A model generated the notes under the pieces. It was not told the origin of the DNA. It worked only from the letters and a program-made list of their open reading frames with translations, and did no database searches. Below, one piece after another: positions 36,480-44,771 of a stretch of DNA of 64,000 bases. The DNA comes from Actinomycetales bacterium (GTDB taxonomy: Bacteria > Actinomycetota > Actinomycetes > Actinomycetales > JAHECE01): positions 7,397 to 71,396 of the forward strand of contig JARKOU010000037.1 of assembly GCA_029975645.1 (NCBI GenBank), read 5' to 3'. The first letter of the stretch is position 1, and every line of letters begins with the position of its first letter. Made by a program: the position numbers and the translations under genes.

Positions 36480-37469
36480 ATGGCGAAGGCCCTGAAGGTC
36501 ACGGCGAAGGACGTCGCGCGCGCGGCCGGCGTCTCGCAGGCGACCGTCTCCTACGTCATCAACGACACCCCGCACCAGCGGATCTCCCCCGAGACGCGGG
36601 AACGGGTGCTGGCGGCGGTGGCGGACCTGGGGTACACGCCGTCGGCCGCCGCGCGGGCGCTGCGCAAGGGCAGCAGCGACGTCGTGCTCCTCGTGATGCC
36701 GCACTACCCGATCGGGCCGAACATCGCCGCGCTCATCGAGCGCTTGGAGGAAGGGCTGGAGGGCATCGGGCTGAGCGTGGTGACGCGGCGCATCCGCGAG
36801 GGTCGCCCGATGGCGTCGCTCTGGCGGGAGATGATGCCGGCCGCCGTCGTGACGATGGTGACGGTGGACCCGGTCGACGTCGCGGAGATGGGACAGGCCG
36901 GCATCTTCCTCACCCAGGCGCTGCTGGCGCCCCGGTCGGACGAAGCCACGCTGAGCCTCCCGCAGATCCTCATCGGCCGGCTCCAGGTGGAGCACCTGGC
37001 CCAGGCGGGCCACCGCCGCATCGGCTACGCCGAGCCCGCGAATCCCCTGGTGGAGAACTTCCTCCGACTGCGGCTGGAGGGCGTCCGGACGGCGTGCGTG
37101 GAACTCGGGCTCGATCTCCCGGACGTGCGACCGGTGCCGTTCGACACCGACGCCGCCGCGAGCGCGGTCCGCGCGTGGCGCGAGGCGGGGGTCACCGCGG
37201 TGTGCGCGTACAACGACGAGACAGCGTTCGCGCTGCTCGCCGGGATGCGCCTGGCCGGGCTCAGTGCGCCGTCGGACCTGGCGGTGATCGGGGTGGACAA
37301 CATCCCGCTCGCGCCCTTCGCGTTCCCGCCGCTGACCACGATCGACCAGCACATCGACGTGGTCGCGAAGCACCTGGTGGCGCTCGTGCGCGCCGGCATC
37401 GCGGGCGAGCCGCTCCCGGCCACGCCGCGCTCCGAAGCGGTCACGGTGGTCGTGCGTCAATCCGCCTGA
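36480..37469 (+). CDS. LacI-family transcriptional regulator
   Basis: ATG at 36480. HTH VTAKDVARAAGVSQATVSYVIN..ETRERVLAAVADLGYTPSAAARAL, plus a periplasmic-binding-fold C-terminus. Confidence 0.85.
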   Translation: MAKALKVTAKDVARAAGVSQATVSYVINDTPHQRISPETRERVLAAVADLGYTPSAAARALRKGSSDVVLLVMPHYPIGPNIAALIERLEEGLEGIGLSVVTRRIREGRPMASLWREMMPAAVVTMVTVDPVDVAEMGQAGIFLTQALLAPRSDEATLSLPQILIGRLQVEHLAQAGHRRIGYAEPANPLVENFLRLRLEGVRTACVELGLDLPDVRPVPFDTDAAASAVRAWREAGVTAVCAYNDETAFALLAGMRLAGLSAPSDLAVIGVDNIPLAPFAFPPLTTIDQHIDVVAKHLVALVRAGIAGEPLPATPRSEAVTVVVRQSA

Positions 37470-37480
37470 CGTCGGCGGTC

Positions 37481-37535
37481 CAGATCGACGTTCTGGGGCG
37501 TCACGGGGGTCGATGACGCCCCGGAACCCGACTAC
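37481..37535. repeat. REP-like element, copy F (degenerate right arm)
   Basis: CAGATCGACGTTCTGGGGCGT, cacgggggtcgatg, ACGCCCCGGAACCCGACTAC. Confidence 0.8.
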
Positions 37536-37595
37536 GCCTCGCACCTGTTCCCCCTCGCCACCCTGGCGACGGCGTGGCGGGACGCCGGGCAGCGC

Positions 37596-38846
37596 GTGGT
37601 GGTGGCGACGGGCCTGGCGACGGACGCGATCGTGCGCTCGTTCGGGTTCGAGCGCGTGCACCTGCAACTGGGCCGAGGCTCCAACCCCGGCGTGATCCGC
37701 GCCGAGGAGCAGCCGCGCGGGGAGGACGAGGCGCTGCGCGGGTTCTTCGAGGCCACGCGCAGGGGCGCCGTCGAGACCCTCGCCTTCCAGGCCCGGGCTC
37801 GGGGCAACGACCTGCTCTGGGACCCCGTCGGGGTGGCGCGGGCGGTGCAGGACGTGGTGGCCCGGGTGCGCCCCGAGCACGTGGTCGTGGACCACCTCGC
37901 CTTCAGCGCGCGCCTGGCGCTGCGCGCTGCGGGGGTGCGGCACGCGGACGTGGTGCTGGGGCACCCCTCGGCGCTGACGGTCGCCGGTGAGGTGTACGGG
38001 TATCCGCCCGCCTGGCCGCGCGCGTTCCACCCCGAGTCGACGGCGCTCGCCGAGTTGCGCGCCCGGTGCGAACGGGTGCGCGACGCCTTCACCGACCAGT
38101 GGAACGCGGCCCTGGCGGTGCTGGACCCGGGGGCGGCGCCGTCGTCGGACGCGTTCGCCGAGACCGGCGACGTGCTGCTGCTCAACTACCCCGGCGCACT
38201 CCACCCGCCCGCGCGGACGGCGCTGCTGCCGCCGCACGCGTTCCTCGGCTCGGCGGTGCGGGAGGAGGCCGACGACGCCGAGGTGACCGCCTGGCTCGCG
38301 GCGTCGGACGGGCCCGTGGTCTACGTGAGCCTGGGGTCCTTCCTCTCCGTGCGTTCCGACGTGCTCGCGCGGGTAGCGCGCGCGTTGCGAGATCTGCGGG
38401 CGCCGGGTGGCGGGACGGTGCGCGTGGCGCTGGCGAGCGGGTCGACGCCGAGGGAGGCGCTGGGCGACGTCCCGGCGTCATGGCTGGTGCGGCCGGTTTT
38501 GCCGCAGGTCACGCTGCTGAGGCGGGCGTCCCTGGCCGTCTCGCACGCCGGGAACAACTCGGTGACCGAGGCGCTGACCGCCGGTGTGCCGATGCTGCTC
38601 CTGCCCTTCTCCACGGACCAGTTCGCGGGCGCCGCCGCGCTCGAGGAGGCGGGCATCGGCGAGGCGCTCGACCCGAACGCCGCGAGCGCCGGCGAGGTGC
38701 GCGACGCCGCGGTCCGGCTCCTGGCGCTCGCCGGCGAGCCGCGCCGTCGGCTGGACGCCCTCGCCGCGGATCTGGTCGCCCGCCCCGGCCCCCAGCGCGC
38801 CTTCGCCGACGTCGAGGGTTGGGGTCAGCCCATGTTTCTCAAGTGA
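37596..38846 (+). CDS. GT1-family (MGT/UDP-glycosyltransferase-like GT-B) glycosyltransferase, apparently 5'-truncated; possible pseudogene
   Basis: C-terminal donor-binding motif HAGNNSVTEALTAGVPMLLLPFSTDQF. The same frame is open back to 37470 and encodes ..PDYASHLFPLATLATAWRDAGQRVVVATG (the N-terminal GT1 loop) without any ATG/GTG/TTG before 37596. Confidence 0.6.
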   Translation: MVVATGLATDAIVRSFGFERVHLQLGRGSNPGVIRAEEQPRGEDEALRGFFEATRRGAVETLAFQARARGNDLLWDPVGVARAVQDVVARVRPEHVVVDHLAFSARLALRAAGVRHADVVLGHPSALTVAGEVYGYPPAWPRAFHPESTALAELRARCERVRDAFTDQWNAALAVLDPGAAPSSDAFAETGDVLLLNYPGALHPPARTALLPPHAFLGSAVREEADDAEVTAWLAASDGPVVYVSLGSFLSVRSDVLARVARALRDLRAPGGGTVRVALASGSTPREALGDVPASWLVRPVLPQVTLLRRASLAVSHAGNNSVTEALTAGVPMLLLPFSTDQFAGAAALEEAGIGEALDPNAASAGEVRDAAVRLLALAGEPRRRLDALAADLVARPGPQRAFADVEGWGQPMFLK

Positions 38847-38919
38847 CTCATGAGACGAAAGTGACGTAACTCAGTACCCTGGGGGTGAGTCTCTCACCGC
38901 GCCTGCACCGGGAGGTCCC

Positions 38920-41109
38920 GTGCGCCGTTCCCTCTCCCCCGCCGCCCGCCGCCTGGGTGCTGCGCTCACCGCGGCGCTGGTGGCCGTCGTCGGCCTGCCG
39001 TCCGCCGTCTCGGCCACGGCGCCGGCCACGACGCCTGCCTCGGCTTCAGCCGCGGCACCCTCCGCGCTCCCGGCCGCCACCGCGCCCGGCGAGGAGTGGC
39101 GCGGCTACTGGGTGGACGCCTTCAACCGCGGCATCTACACGGCTGCCCAGGTCGACACCCTGGTCGCGGACGCGCAGGCCGTCCGGGCCAACGCCCTCGT
39201 GGTCCAGATCGCCCGGCGCTTCGACTGCTTCTGCAACGACGCCCTCTTCCCGCGCACCGCCGCCGCGATCTCCCCCCTCCCCTACGACCCGCTCGCGACC
39301 CTGATCCAGAAGGCGCACGCCGCAGGCCTCGAGGTCCACGCGTGGATCAACGCCACCACGATGTGGAACCTCGCCACCGCACCCGCCGATCCCACCCACG
39401 TCTACAACACGCACGGCCCGTCCGCCTCCGGAGCCAACCGTTGGCTGAACAAGCGGGTCGACGGCGTCGAGATCGTGAACAACGGGAGCTACCTCGACCC
39501 CGGGAATCCGGGGGCGGTCGCCTACCTGGTCGACGCCGTCGCCTCGATCACGCAGAACTACGACGTCGACGGCGTCGACCTGGACTACATCCGCTACCCG
39601 GACTACTCCTCGGGAGCGGCGAACGACTGGGGCTACTCCAGCACGTCGCTCGCGCGGTTCCGCGCGGAGACCGGGCGCTCCGACACCCCGGCCCCGGCCG
39701 ACGCCCAGTTCAGCCAGTGGCGACGCGACCAGGTCACCGCACTCGTGCGACGCATCTACCTGCGGATGTACCAGGTGGACCCTTCCGATCGGCTCAGCGT
39801 CAACGGCATCACCTACGGGTACGGCCCGCAGACCACCGGCGGGTGGACCACCACGTCCGCCTACCGCGGCGTCATGCAGGACTGGCGGGCGTGGACCGAG
39901 GAGGGCATCGTCGACACCGTCGCCACGATGAACTACAAGCGCAACTACCTCGCGGACCAGGCCCAGATGTTCGCGGAGTGGGTCGAGGCGACCGAGGACT
40001 ACCAGGGCGGCCGGCAGAACGTGGTGGGCCCGGCGCTCTACCTCAACGAACTTGCGGACAACGTCGCGCAGGCGAGCGCCGTCGCCGCCTCGGGCGTCGC
40101 CGGTTGGAACGGGTACTCCTACGCGAACGTCTCGGCGACGGCGACGGCGTCCAGCAGCGCCTCGGTGAAGGACTCCGAGCGCGATCGACTGGAGGCGGCA
40201 CTCCGCGCGTCGGTGTTCACCGGACCTGCGGCTGTGCCGGAGATGACGTGGAAGACGAGGCCGACCAGCGGTCACGTCGCGGGAGTCCTCACCGACTCCG
40301 GCGGGCGCCCGCTCGACCAGGTGGCCGTCGCGGTGCGGCCCGAGTCGGGCGGCGGGACGGCGCGCGCCGCCCGCACGGACGGATCCGGCTGGTTCGGCGT
40401 GGTCGACCTCCCGCCCGGCCGCTACACGGTCGAGGTGACCGAGGCCGGCGTGACGGCCTGCGCCACCGGAGCCGTCGTGGTCGCGGGGGAGGTGACCGAC
40501 GTCGCGCTCCGAGCCGGTGCCGCGTGCCCGACGGCGCAGGTGTTCACCGATGTCCCACCGGGAGCCGCGTTCTACGACGACATCATGTGGCTGTGGTCCG
40601 AGGGCATCACCCGCGGCTCCGTCCAGCCAGACGGCACGCTCGTGTTCGGCGCTGCCGACTCGATCCGGCGCGAAGCGATGGCGGCGTTCCTCTACCGCAT
40701 GGCGGGCGAGCCCGCGTTCACCCCGCCCGCCACTTCTCCGTTCACCGACGTCGCTCCGGGGGCGGCCTTCTACAAGGAGATCACCTGGCTCGCGGCGACG
40801 GGCATCGCGCCCGGTGCGGGGAGACCCGGCGGCGAGGCGACGTTCCGCCCGGCCGAGCACGTCACCCGCGAGGTCATGGCGTTGTGGCTCTTCCGGGACG
40901 TCGGTTCGCCGTCGTACTCACCCCCCGCGACGTCGCCCTTCATCGACGTGCCGACCACCCACCGCTCTTACCGCGAGATCGCCTGGATGTCGACGGCGGG
41001 CATCTCGACCGGCGCCCCCGCCGGTGGAGGCCAGTTCCGCTACGCGCCGGATGACCCCGTCACCCGCGAGGCGATGGCGGCCTTCCTGCACCGGGCGTCT
41101 GCCGTCTGA
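38920..41109 (+). CDS. Secreted glycosyl-hydrolase-like family 10 (GHL10/DUF187) protein with carboxypeptidase-regulatory-like domain and three C-terminal SLH repeats
   Basis: GTG at 38920 with SD GGGAGG. Signal peptide ..PSAVSATA. WRGYWVDAFNRG..ANALVVQIARRF. Three units of the form F[TI]DV..AFY.EI.W....GI..G.......F.P...VTRE.MA.FL.R. Confidence 0.75.
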   Translation: MRRSLSPAARRLGAALTAALVAVVGLPSAVSATAPATTPASASAAAPSALPAATAPGEEWRGYWVDAFNRGIYTAAQVDTLVADAQAVRANALVVQIARRFDCFCNDALFPRTAAAISPLPYDPLATLIQKAHAAGLEVHAWINATTMWNLATAPADPTHVYNTHGPSASGANRWLNKRVDGVEIVNNGSYLDPGNPGAVAYLVDAVASITQNYDVDGVDLDYIRYPDYSSGAANDWGYSSTSLARFRAETGRSDTPAPADAQFSQWRRDQVTALVRRIYLRMYQVDPSDRLSVNGITYGYGPQTTGGWTTTSAYRGVMQDWRAWTEEGIVDTVATMNYKRNYLADQAQMFAEWVEATEDYQGGRQNVVGPALYLNELADNVAQASAVAASGVAGWNGYSYANVSATATASSSASVKDSERDRLEAALRASVFTGPAAVPEMTWKTRPTSGHVAGVLTDSGGRPLDQVAVAVRPESGGGTARAARTDGSGWFGVVDLPPGRYTVEVTEAGVTACATGAVVVAGEVTDVALRAGAACPTAQVFTDVPPGAAFYDDIMWLWSEGITRGSVQPDGTLVFGAADSIRREAMAAFLYRMAGEPAFTPPATSPFTDVAPGAAFYKEITWLAATGIAPGAGRPGGEATFRPAEHVTREVMALWLFRDVGSPSYSPPATSPFIDVPTTHRSYREIAWMSTAGISTGAPAGGGQFRYAPDDPVTREAMAAFLHRASAV

Positions 41110-41150
41110 CCGGACGGCTGGGCGGATCGGCCGCTGGCCCGGGACCCCTT

Positions 41151-41212
41151 GATCACCTCTACGTTCTGGGGCGTCGTCGGCACCCGGGACGCCCCGCTAC
41201 GTAGATCTCGCG
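41151..41212. repeat. REP-like element, copy G (asymmetric type, inverted relative to C/D)
   Basis: GATCACCTCTACGTTCTGGGGCGT, 14-nt loop, ACGCCCCGCTACGTAGATCTCG. Confidence 0.85.
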
Positions 41213-41258
41213 GCGAGATGCGCGATCATGGCCCCCCGGCAAGGAGAGCGAGGAACCG

Positions 41259-41885
41259 ATGAACCCGACCCGACCCGCCGCACCCGCCCGATACCGTCGT
41301 CGACTCGCCGCCGTCGCGCTCGGTGTCGCCGCGATGACGCTCGCAGCCTGCGGAGACGGCACGATCACGCTGCCAACGGCGCTGCCGACCGCACTGCCCA
41401 CGGTCGCCTTGCCGACCGCCCTGCCGACCGCGCTCCCCACGGTCGAACTGCCCACCGCGGACGTCCCGACCGTCGACGTCCCCACCGCGTTCCCCACCGT
41501 CGAGCTACCGACCGCGGACGTCCCGACCGTCGACGTCACGGAGCAGCCGCCGGTCGAGGAGTCGCCGAGCGAGCCACCCGCCGAACCGACGACCGAACCC
41601 GAGCCCTCGACGTCCGAGACCGCCACCCCGACGGAGACGACCGCCACACCCACCCTCAGCGAGGCGCCGAGCGCGACCACCGCCGTCGCCGCGCCGAGCC
41701 CGAGCGAGACCGTCGCGCCCACCGAGACCGGAGGTACCCCGTGGCTGTGGGTCCTCCTGTTCGTGGCCGGTGTGGGTGGCGGGCTTGCCTGGGTTCTGGT
41801 CCGCCGCCGCCGGTCCGCCCTCGCCGAGCAGGGGGCTGCGGACGACGCCGGCGGCTCGCCGGGAGCGCCGACTGCGCAGGGCTGA
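41259..41885 (+). CDS. Repeat-rich Pro/Thr lipoprotein with C-terminal TM anchor
   Basis: Lipobox LAAC, LPTA and VELPTADVPTVDVPTAFPT repeats, an acidic PT-rich region, then WLWVLLFVAGVGGGLAWVLVRRRRS. Confidence 0.7.
   Translation: MNPTRPAAPARYRRRLAAVALGVAAMTLAACGDGTITLPTALPTALPTVALPTALPTALPTVELPTADVPTVDVPTAFPTVELPTADVPTVDVTEQPPVEESPSEPPAEPTTEPEPSTSETATPTETTATPTLSEAPSATTAVAAPSPSETVAPTETGGTPWLWVLLFVAGVGGGLAWVLVRRRRSALAEQGAADDAGGSPGAPTAQG
41370..41545. repeat. Coding tandem repeats: 12-15-bp LPTA units followed by a 57-bp unit x1.8
   Basis: The 57-bp units start at 41442 and 41499. The 12-nt ctgccNacNgcN units run from 41370. Confidence 0.8.
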
Positions 41886-42052
41886 GCGGGCCGTCCCGGA
41901 ACGTCGACGCCGACCCCGCACCTCCGTGGGCCGTAGGTCACCGCGCGCAGACACGACGGCGGCCCTAGCGTGACCCGTGAGCCGCGACTTCGCGGCTCGC
42001 CCCCGGGACCGGCGTCGACGTCGACGTCGCCACACCATGAACGGAGCATCCG

Positions 42053-42490
42053 ATGCGCGCATCCCTCTTCCGTCGTTCAGCCCTCGCGACCGTCAGCGCC
42101 GTCGCCCTGGTCAGCGCACTCGCCGCGTGCAGCAGCGGCGACTCGGAGCCGACCCAGTCCGAGGCCGAGACGAACGTGTGCGACCAGGTCGCGGCGGTGC
42201 GGTCCGCGGTCGACGAGGTCCAGGCCCTGAGCGTCGACTCGACGGTGGAGGAGGCGCAGACTGCGCGCGACGACCTGTCGACCGCGGTGGACGACCTCAC
42301 GACCTCGGCGGAGGACCTCGCCGCCGCTGACGCCCAGGCCCTGACCGATGGCGTCGACGCCATCAAGACGGCGATCCAGGACGTCGCCGGTGCCGACACG
42401 ATCGTCGGCGCGCTCACCGACATCCAGACCTCGGCCGACGGCCTCAAGAGCGCGATCCAGGAGATCGGCGACGGCTACGAGTGCAGCTGA
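42053..42490 (+). CDS. Hypothetical helical lipoprotein
   Basis: Signal plus lipobox LAACS. Asp/Ala-rich helical body with a Cys near each end. Full-length ORF; no family recognised. Confidence 0.65.
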   Translation: MRASLFRRSALATVSAVALVSALAACSSGDSEPTQSEAETNVCDQVAAVRSAVDEVQALSVDSTVEEAQTARDDLSTAVDDLTTSAEDLAAADAQALTDGVDAIKTAIQDVAGADTIVGALTDIQTSADGLKSAIQEIGDGYECS

Positions 42491-42573
42491 CAGCCCTGAC
42501 GTGAACTGCTACCCCTGGCGGTGACGATCGCCAGGGGTAGGGTCGACCGACCGCACGTCGATGGGATGAGATC

Positions 42574-43260
42574 GTGACCGCCCCGCCCCCAGTGCCCTCC
42601 GTCCCGCCGCTGATCCGCTGGACGGGGTTGCTCTTCGTCATCGGCTCCGCCCTGTTCATGCTGGGCGTGCCGCTCAGCCTGACGACGGCGATCCCCGCGC
42701 TCGTCTCGGCCGTCACGTTCGCCGTCGGCGCGGTGTTCTTCACCACGGCCGCGTTCCTCCAATTGCTGCTCGCTCAGCGGGAACTCCCTGAGTCCGAGCG
42801 CCGGGTGATCCCGTTCTTCCGGGGCAAGACGTCCGACTGGTCGTCGGCCGCCGTGCAGTTCGTCGGCACGCTCCTGTTCAACGTGAACACGATCCGCGCG
42901 GCGGTGCTCATCGGCGCCGACCCGAGCGTGATCGACCGCGAGGTCTGGGTGCCGGACGCCGTCGGCTCCGCGTTGTTCCTGATCTCCAGCGTGATCGCGA
43001 TGGTGCCGGAGGTGCGCGCACGGCGGCACGCGCACGTGTACACGCGCTCCTGGACCATCGCGGCCCTCAACCTCGCCGGTTCCGTGCTCTTCGGCCTCTC
43101 CGCGATCGGCGCCTACCTGATCAAGAGCAGCGGTGAGCCCGTCAACCTCGCCTGGGCGAACGTCGGCACGTTCCTCGGCGGACTGTGCTTCCTCATCGGC
43201 GCCGCGCTGTTCGGCTGGCCCGCGCGAACCACGGCGCGCGCTGAGCCCGCCGCCCCCTGA
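42574..43260 (+). CDS. Integral membrane protein with repeated G-S-x-L-F TM motifs (YrhK-like)
   Basis: Six hydrophobic segments, each with a G[ST]xLF-like motif (VIGSALFMLG, AVGSALFLIS, LAGSVLFGLS, LGGLCFLIGAALF). GTG start at 42574. Confidence 0.6.
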   Translation: MTAPPPVPSVPPLIRWTGLLFVIGSALFMLGVPLSLTTAIPALVSAVTFAVGAVFFTTAAFLQLLLAQRELPESERRVIPFFRGKTSDWSSAAVQFVGTLLFNVNTIRAAVLIGADPSVIDREVWVPDAVGSALFLISSVIAMVPEVRARRHAHVYTRSWTIAALNLAGSVLFGLSAIGAYLIKSSGEPVNLAWANVGTFLGGLCFLIGAALFGWPARTTARAEPAAP

Positions 43261-43274
43261 CCACCGAACGGCAC

Positions 43275-43316
43275 CGAGGGCGGGAGGCGGACCCTGGGGC
43301 CTACCCCCCGCCCTCG
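43275..43316. terminator. Candidate bidirectional terminator hairpin between convergent genes (10-bp stem CGAGGGCGGG / CCCGCCCTCG, 22-nt loop)
   Basis: Arms read at 43275-43284 and 43307-43316, between the stops at 43260 and 43323. Confidence 0.4.
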
Positions 43317-43322
43317 CGCTCG

Positions 43323-44714
43323 CTAGTGGTGGAAGCCCGTGTGCGTATCGGCGTTGTGCACCGGCGTCGGCTGGGCCTGCAGGCGAGGCAGCTGTCGCTT
43401 GATGTCCTCGATCAGCAGGTCGGCCATGTCGTGGCTGAACCCGCGCTTGACCACCACACGCAGCGCCGCGATGTCCTCCCGGTTCTTCGGGAACGTGTAG
43501 GCGGGCAGGAGCCAGCCGCGCTCGCGTAGCGCCGCCGAGACGTCGAAGACCGTGTAGTTCTCCACCTCGGGCTTGAGCACGAACGCGAACACCGGCAACG
43601 CGTCGCCCCGCGTCAGCAGCTCGAACGGCCCGAGCGCGGCGATCTGGTCCGCGAGCCGCGTTGCGACGTCGCGGGAGTACTGCTGAACCTTGCGGTAACC
43701 CTCGAACCCGAGGCGCAGGAAGTTGTAGTACTGACCGATCACTTGGGCGCCGGGCCGGGAGAAGTTGAGGGCGAAGGTCGGCATGTTGTCGCCGAGGTAG
43801 TTGACCCAGAAGATCAGGTCCTCGGGCAGGTGGGATGCGTCGCGCCAGATGATCCAGCCGACGCCGGGGTACACGAGCCCGTACTTGTGGCCGGAGACGT
43901 TGATCGAGGAGACCCGCGGCAGCCGGAAGTCCCACTCCAGGTCCGGGTCCACGAACGGCGCGACGAACGCACCCGAGGCGCCGTCGACGTGCACGGGGAT
44001 GTCGATGCCCGTCCGCTCCTGGTACGCATCGAGCGCGTCGCAGATCTCCTTCACCGGCTCGTACGAGCCGTCGAACGTGGAGCCGAGGACGGCGACGACG
44101 CCGATTGTGTTCTCGTCGCACATCGCGACGGCTTCCTCGGCGCCGAGGCGGAGGCGGTCGCCCTCCATCGGGACAAGCCGCATCTCGACGTCCCAGTAGT
44201 TGGCGAACTTCTCCCAGCACACCTGGACGTTGATCCCCATGACCAGGTTCGGCTTGTCGGCGGGCTTGCCTTCCGCGCGGCGCTTGTGCTGCCACCGACG
44301 CTTGAGCGCGAGGCCGCCGAGCATCGCGGCCTCGCTGGACCCGGTGGTCGAGCACCCCGTCGCATTCCCCTGGTCCGGGGCGTTCCAGAGGTGGGCGAGG
44401 ATGTTGACGCACCGCATCTCGAGTTCCGCCGTCTGCGGGTACTCGTCCTTGTCGATCATGTTCTTGTCGAACGTCTCTTGGAGCAGGCGCTCGGCCTCCG
44501 GCTCCATCCACGTGGTCACGAACGTCGCGAGGTTCATCCGGGCGTTGCCGTCGAGCATCAACTCGTCGTGGATGGTCTCGTACGCCACCGACGGGGTGAC
44601 CTCGTGCGGACCGATCCGGTGCCGAGGGATGGTCTCCCCGCCCAGGTCGTAGAGCGGGTCGACGGACAGGGCGGTGACCCGCGGCTGCTTCGCGCGGGGG
44701 TGCTTGAGGGACAC
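43323..44714 (-). CDS. gadB: Glutamate decarboxylase (PLP-dependent)
   Basis: NARMNLATFVTTWMEPEA, DKDEYPQTAELE and the PLP-lysine motif SGHKYGLVYPGVGW. GTG at 44714 with SD AAGGAG. Confidence 0.95.
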   Translation of the reverse strand: MSLKHPRAKQPRVTALSVDPLYDLGGETIPRHRIGPHEVTPSVAYETIHDELMLDGNARMNLATFVTTWMEPEAERLLQETFDKNMIDKDEYPQTAELEMRCVNILAHLWNAPDQGNATGCSTTGSSEAAMLGGLALKRRWQHKRRAEGKPADKPNLVMGINVQVCWEKFANYWDVEMRLVPMEGDRLRLGAEEAVAMCDENTIGVVAVLGSTFDGSYEPVKEICDALDAYQERTGIDIPVHVDGASGAFVAPFVDPDLEWDFRLPRVSSINVSGHKYGLVYPGVGWIIWRDASHLPEDLIFWVNYLGDNMPTFALNFSRPGAQVIGQYYNFLRLGFEGYRKVQQYSRDVATRLADQIAALGPFELLTRGDALPVFAFVLKPEVENYTVFDVSAALRERGWLLPAYTFPKNREDIAALRVVVKRGFSHDMADLLIEDIKRQLPRLQAQPTPVHNADTHTGFHH

Positions 44715-44771
44715 GGTGAACTCCTTCGGTGTCGTGCTGTTCGGTCGTCGGGATGGTGGGTCGGCGGGAGA

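Noticed and set aside
36432-38846. lacI and the GT1 gene share a reading frame separated by a single TGA (possible readthrough or fusion)
   Set aside because: Sharing a frame has a one-in-three chance expectation. The intervening codons are REP-element sequence with no coding character, and no recoding signal is evident.
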